Shown here: positions 60,614 through 64,000 of the stretch, piece after piece | Numbering within the stretch: the first letter of the stretch is position 1 | Layout: each line of letters opens with the position of its first letter | Assembly: GCF_006345805.1 (NCBI RefSeq) | Contig: NC_043003.1 | Coordinates: 104,904,001-104,968,000 of the forward strand | Direction of reading: 5' to 3' | From: Octopus sinensis | Lineage: Eukaryota | Length of the DNA: 64,000 bases | The notes under the pieces: model-generated | Seen by the model: the letters and a program-made list of their open reading frames with translations, nothing else | What the model was told of the DNA's origin: nothing | Database searches by the model: none | Program-made: the position numbers and the translations under genes

Positions 60614-63079
60614 TCATCATCATCATCATCATCATCGTTTAACGTCCGTTTTCCGCGCTAGCATGGGTTGGACGGTTCGACCAGGGTCTGGGAAGCCAGG
60701 GGCTGCTCCAGGCTCTAGTCTGATCTGGCAGAGTTTTTACGGCTGGATGTCCTTCCTAACGCCAACCACTCCGCGAGTGTAGTGGGTGCTTTTTACGTGC
60801 CACCTGCACAGGTGCCAGGGGGGGTCCGGCATCGGTCATGATCGGTTGGAGCTTTTAATGTGCCAGCGGCACGGAAGCCAGCCAAGGCGGTGCTGGCAAC
60901 GTTCGGATGGTCTTTTTATGTGCCACCGGCACAGGAGCCAGTCGGGGCGGCGCTGGCATCGGCCACGTTTGGATGGTGCTTTTTACGTGCCACTGGCACA
61001 GAAGCCAGACAGGGCAGCGCTGGCATCGGCCACATTCAGATGGTGCTTTTTATGTGCCACCGGCACAGGCATCACAACTACTATTTCCATTGATATTTAT
61101 TTCGACGTTCATGTTCATGTACTTGACTCAACAGGTCTCCTCAAGCACAGCGGGACGTTCTGGGATCCGGGGTACTTTGAATGGGCATGGGCTATGCGGA
61201 ACTGATGCAGGAAGCAGCCTGGGTCTTTGCAGTCACAGCATATCTCCAGAAATCTCGGTCCTTTGCCATTGCCTCAGTGAGGCCCAACGCTCTGAGGTCA
61301 TGCTTGACTACCTCATCCCATGTCTTCCTGGGTCTACCTCTCCCCCTGATACCTTCAACTGTTTGGGAGTGGCACTTCTTCACACATCTCTCCTCATCCA
61401 TCCACAGCACATGACCATACCATCGCAAGCGTCGCTCTTGCACACCACATCTGATGCTTCTTATATCCAGCATTTCTCTCAGGGTGCTTACACTCTGTCG
61501 TGCGTGCACACTGACATTACACATCCAGCGCATCATGCTAGCTTCATTTCTTTCAAGTCTACGCATGTCATCTGCAGTCACAGCCCATGTTTCACTACCG
61601 TGAAGCATGGCAGTTCGCACACATGCATCATACAATCTACCTTTCGCTCTGAGAGAGAGACCCTTTGTCGCCAGTAGGGGTAGGAGCTTTCTGAACTTTG
61701 CCCAGGCTATTCGTATTCTAGTGGTGATACTCTCTGTGCATCCACCTCCACTACTAACTTGGTCACCCAGGTAGCGGAAACTATCAACTACTTCTAGTTT
61801 CTCTCCCTGGAGTGTGATGGAATCTGTTTTCTGAGTGTCTGGGGTGTCTATTGTCCCTGTGCATCTGCCGCACATGAAAGCTATCTTACCTGTTAATTTC
61901 CCTTTAATGTTGCTGCACCTCTTGTGTGTCCATAGCTTACATTGGGTGCATCTTATGGAGTTTCTACCTACACCTTTCCTACAGATCGAGCAGGGCCACC
62001 TGCCCGAGGGGGTGTGTGCTGAGTTCGCCTTTCTGCTTACTATAACTTTGGTCTTTGCTACATTTACTCTAAGGCCCTTTGATTCTAACCCTTGCTTCCA
62101 CACCCGAAATTTCTTTTCTAGTTCCGGTAGTGATTCTGCTACGAGAGCCAGGTCATCAGCATAGAGGAGCTCCCAGGGGCATCCTGTTTTGAATTCCTCT
62201 GTTATTGCCTGGAGGACTATGATGAATAAAAGGGGACTGAGGGCTGAGCCTTGGTGCACACCTACTTCTACCCGGAATTCTTCACTATATTCGTTGCCAA
62301 TCCTAACCTTGCTGACAGCCTCTCTGTATAGAGCCTGTACAGCCCTTATTAGCCATTCGTCAATCTCCAGTTTCCGCATCGACCACCAGATAAGGGAACG
62401 GGGAACCCTGTCAAAGGCTTTCTCCAAGTCCACAAAAGCTATGTAGAGGGGTTTATCTTTAGCTAAGTACTTCTCCTGCAGTTGTCGGACCAGGAATATA
62501 GCATCAGTGGTGCTTCTACCTGGCACAAAACTGAACTGCATTTCATCTAAGCAAATTCTCTCCCTAATGAAATGGTTTATGACCCTCTCTGTGACCTTCA
62601 TCACCTGATCCAACAGTTTGATACCCCTGTAGTTATTTCTATCTAGAGCATCACCCTTACCCTTGTAGCAGTTGACTATGGTGCTGCTACGCCAGTCATT
62701 GGGTATGACTCCATTATGAACTACCTGGTTTACAATGCGGGTGACTAGGCCATGGCCCACATAGCCAGCTGTTTTAAGCATCTCAGCAGTGATTCCTGAT
62801 GGGCCGGGGGCTTTACCTGGTTTCATATCCTTAATTACCTTAACTACAAGGGAGCTGTCTATTCAGGTAGCTGGTCCCTCTACTGGGTCAACATTTGGCA
62901 GGCTCTCCTCCTCCCATTCATTCTCCTCATTCAGCAGTCTTTCATAATGGCTTCTCCAAGCCTCTTTCTTTTCACTAACATTAAAAGCAAGTGCCCCATC
63001 ATCCATGCGGACACATTTCTCTCCTGTAACATCACTATTTTCTCTGACACACTGTCTGGCAATCCGAAATACCTCAGCT

Positions 63080-63080
<1 letters not shown>
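60614..63080 (-). mobile_element. RTE-clade LINE, 5'-truncated; RT frame open except for one TGA
   Basis: 544-aa ORF at 61192-62826 (NYRGIKLL, AFVDLEKAFDRVP, GVHQGSALSPLLF, YADD, RLRWYGHV). The upstream frame continues through a TGA at 62863-62865. The 3' UTR has a minisatellite and a (GAT)n tail. Confidence 0.93.
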
Positions 63081-63115
<35 letters not shown>

Positions 63116-63158
63116 GTGTGTGTGTGTGTGTGTATATATATAAATATATATGTGTGTG

Positions 63159-63266
<108 letters not shown>

Positions 63267-63327
63267 AACTGGATATGCTAACCATCCGCATTGTCCTTAT
63301 TTCCCTATCTCTTTTTTTTTTTTTTAC

Positions 63328-63508
63328 AGAATTTGAATGCCCAGGAGTGTTTAGGTAATGATTGTCTTTTTTTTCTATTATTAAGAAGGTTGTCTCATCT
63401 TTAAGGATTTCCAGTACTTCACTGAAGCATAAACAGCAGCTATGTCTCACCCTTTTGTAGAGATCTGCAGCAGATAGTCTAGACCATTGTAATTCATAGT
63501 CTATATTT
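63328..63508 (-). CDS. Putative internal exon of an unidentified minus-strand gene (NIDYELQWSRLSAADLYKRVRHSCCLCFSEVLEILKDETTFLIIEKKDNHYLNTPGHSNS)
   Basis: Good acceptor tttgcttccttatttgtttaag|, 60 open non-repetitive codons, weak donor TCT|gtaaaa, ends in phase 0. Confidence 0.45.
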
Positions 63509-64000
63509 CTTAAACAAATAAGGAAGCAAACTCAATCTGCATTGAGAAATTGTGACAAATACCATTTTTAAAAACCAAACAATGATTAATAAAATTAACA
63601 ATCTGAAACATTTAAAACAAAATCATTGCTAACAAACATCAGACACAAATAATACACAGAAAATAACAGATAGAAGGGAATAAAATAGAAATATCAAAAG
63701 CCAAAGGATGTTAATGAGAAATGTTTTACTGTTTTATTTCAAAATGCTGACAGTAATTTAGAGTATTTAGTATGATCATTAATAATAACAGGATTTAAAA
63801 ATTAACTCTGGGATGAATTAAACCAAAATAACATGATTGGATTAACTGATTATTAATTGAGTAATCAATTAATAGATTGATTGTTGTCATAACAAACAAT
63901 ATATACAATTTTACAAATCCTATATATTTTTATATATAAAATGTGTCTTTATCTATTTCATTTGTTGCTTCCTCACATGTGGAAACAGCAAGAGGCGCAA

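Noticed and set aside
63329-63355. Plus-strand micro-exon look-alike (poly-T acag...TTTAG|gtaatg)
   Set aside because: There are no partner exons on +, and the overlapping minus-strand frame explains the region better. Not fully excluded.

Overview
Eukaryotic, AT-rich, microsatellite-laden DNA. The repeat families (RTE LINEs with (GAT)n tails, tRNA-derived SINEs, Dong/R4, Penelope) suggest an octopus genome; this is inferred from repeat content only. The main gene is a TMC7-like transmembrane channel on the + strand. I rebuilt 14 phase-consistent coding exons (702-49030, about 636 aa); the 5' end lies upstream of the window. Two phase-compatible exons of an unidentified minus-strand gene may lie at 63508-63328 and 58890-58813. 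The introns hold a young CR1/Jockey-group LINE (intact 1005-aa ORF2; ORF1 with poly-Q and two CCCH fingers), RTE, Dong/R4, Gypsy, Penelope, Tc1/mariner and Helitron-like relics, and several long foldbacks. The most striking unannotated signal is seven type I hammerhead ribozyme motifs from several families. They include a tandem identical pair about 505 bp apart (retrozyme-like), one inside interlaced perfect inverted repeats, and one in a Penelope terminal repeat that also has a tRNA-like Pol III head. All structures were paired by eye; no folding or database search was run.
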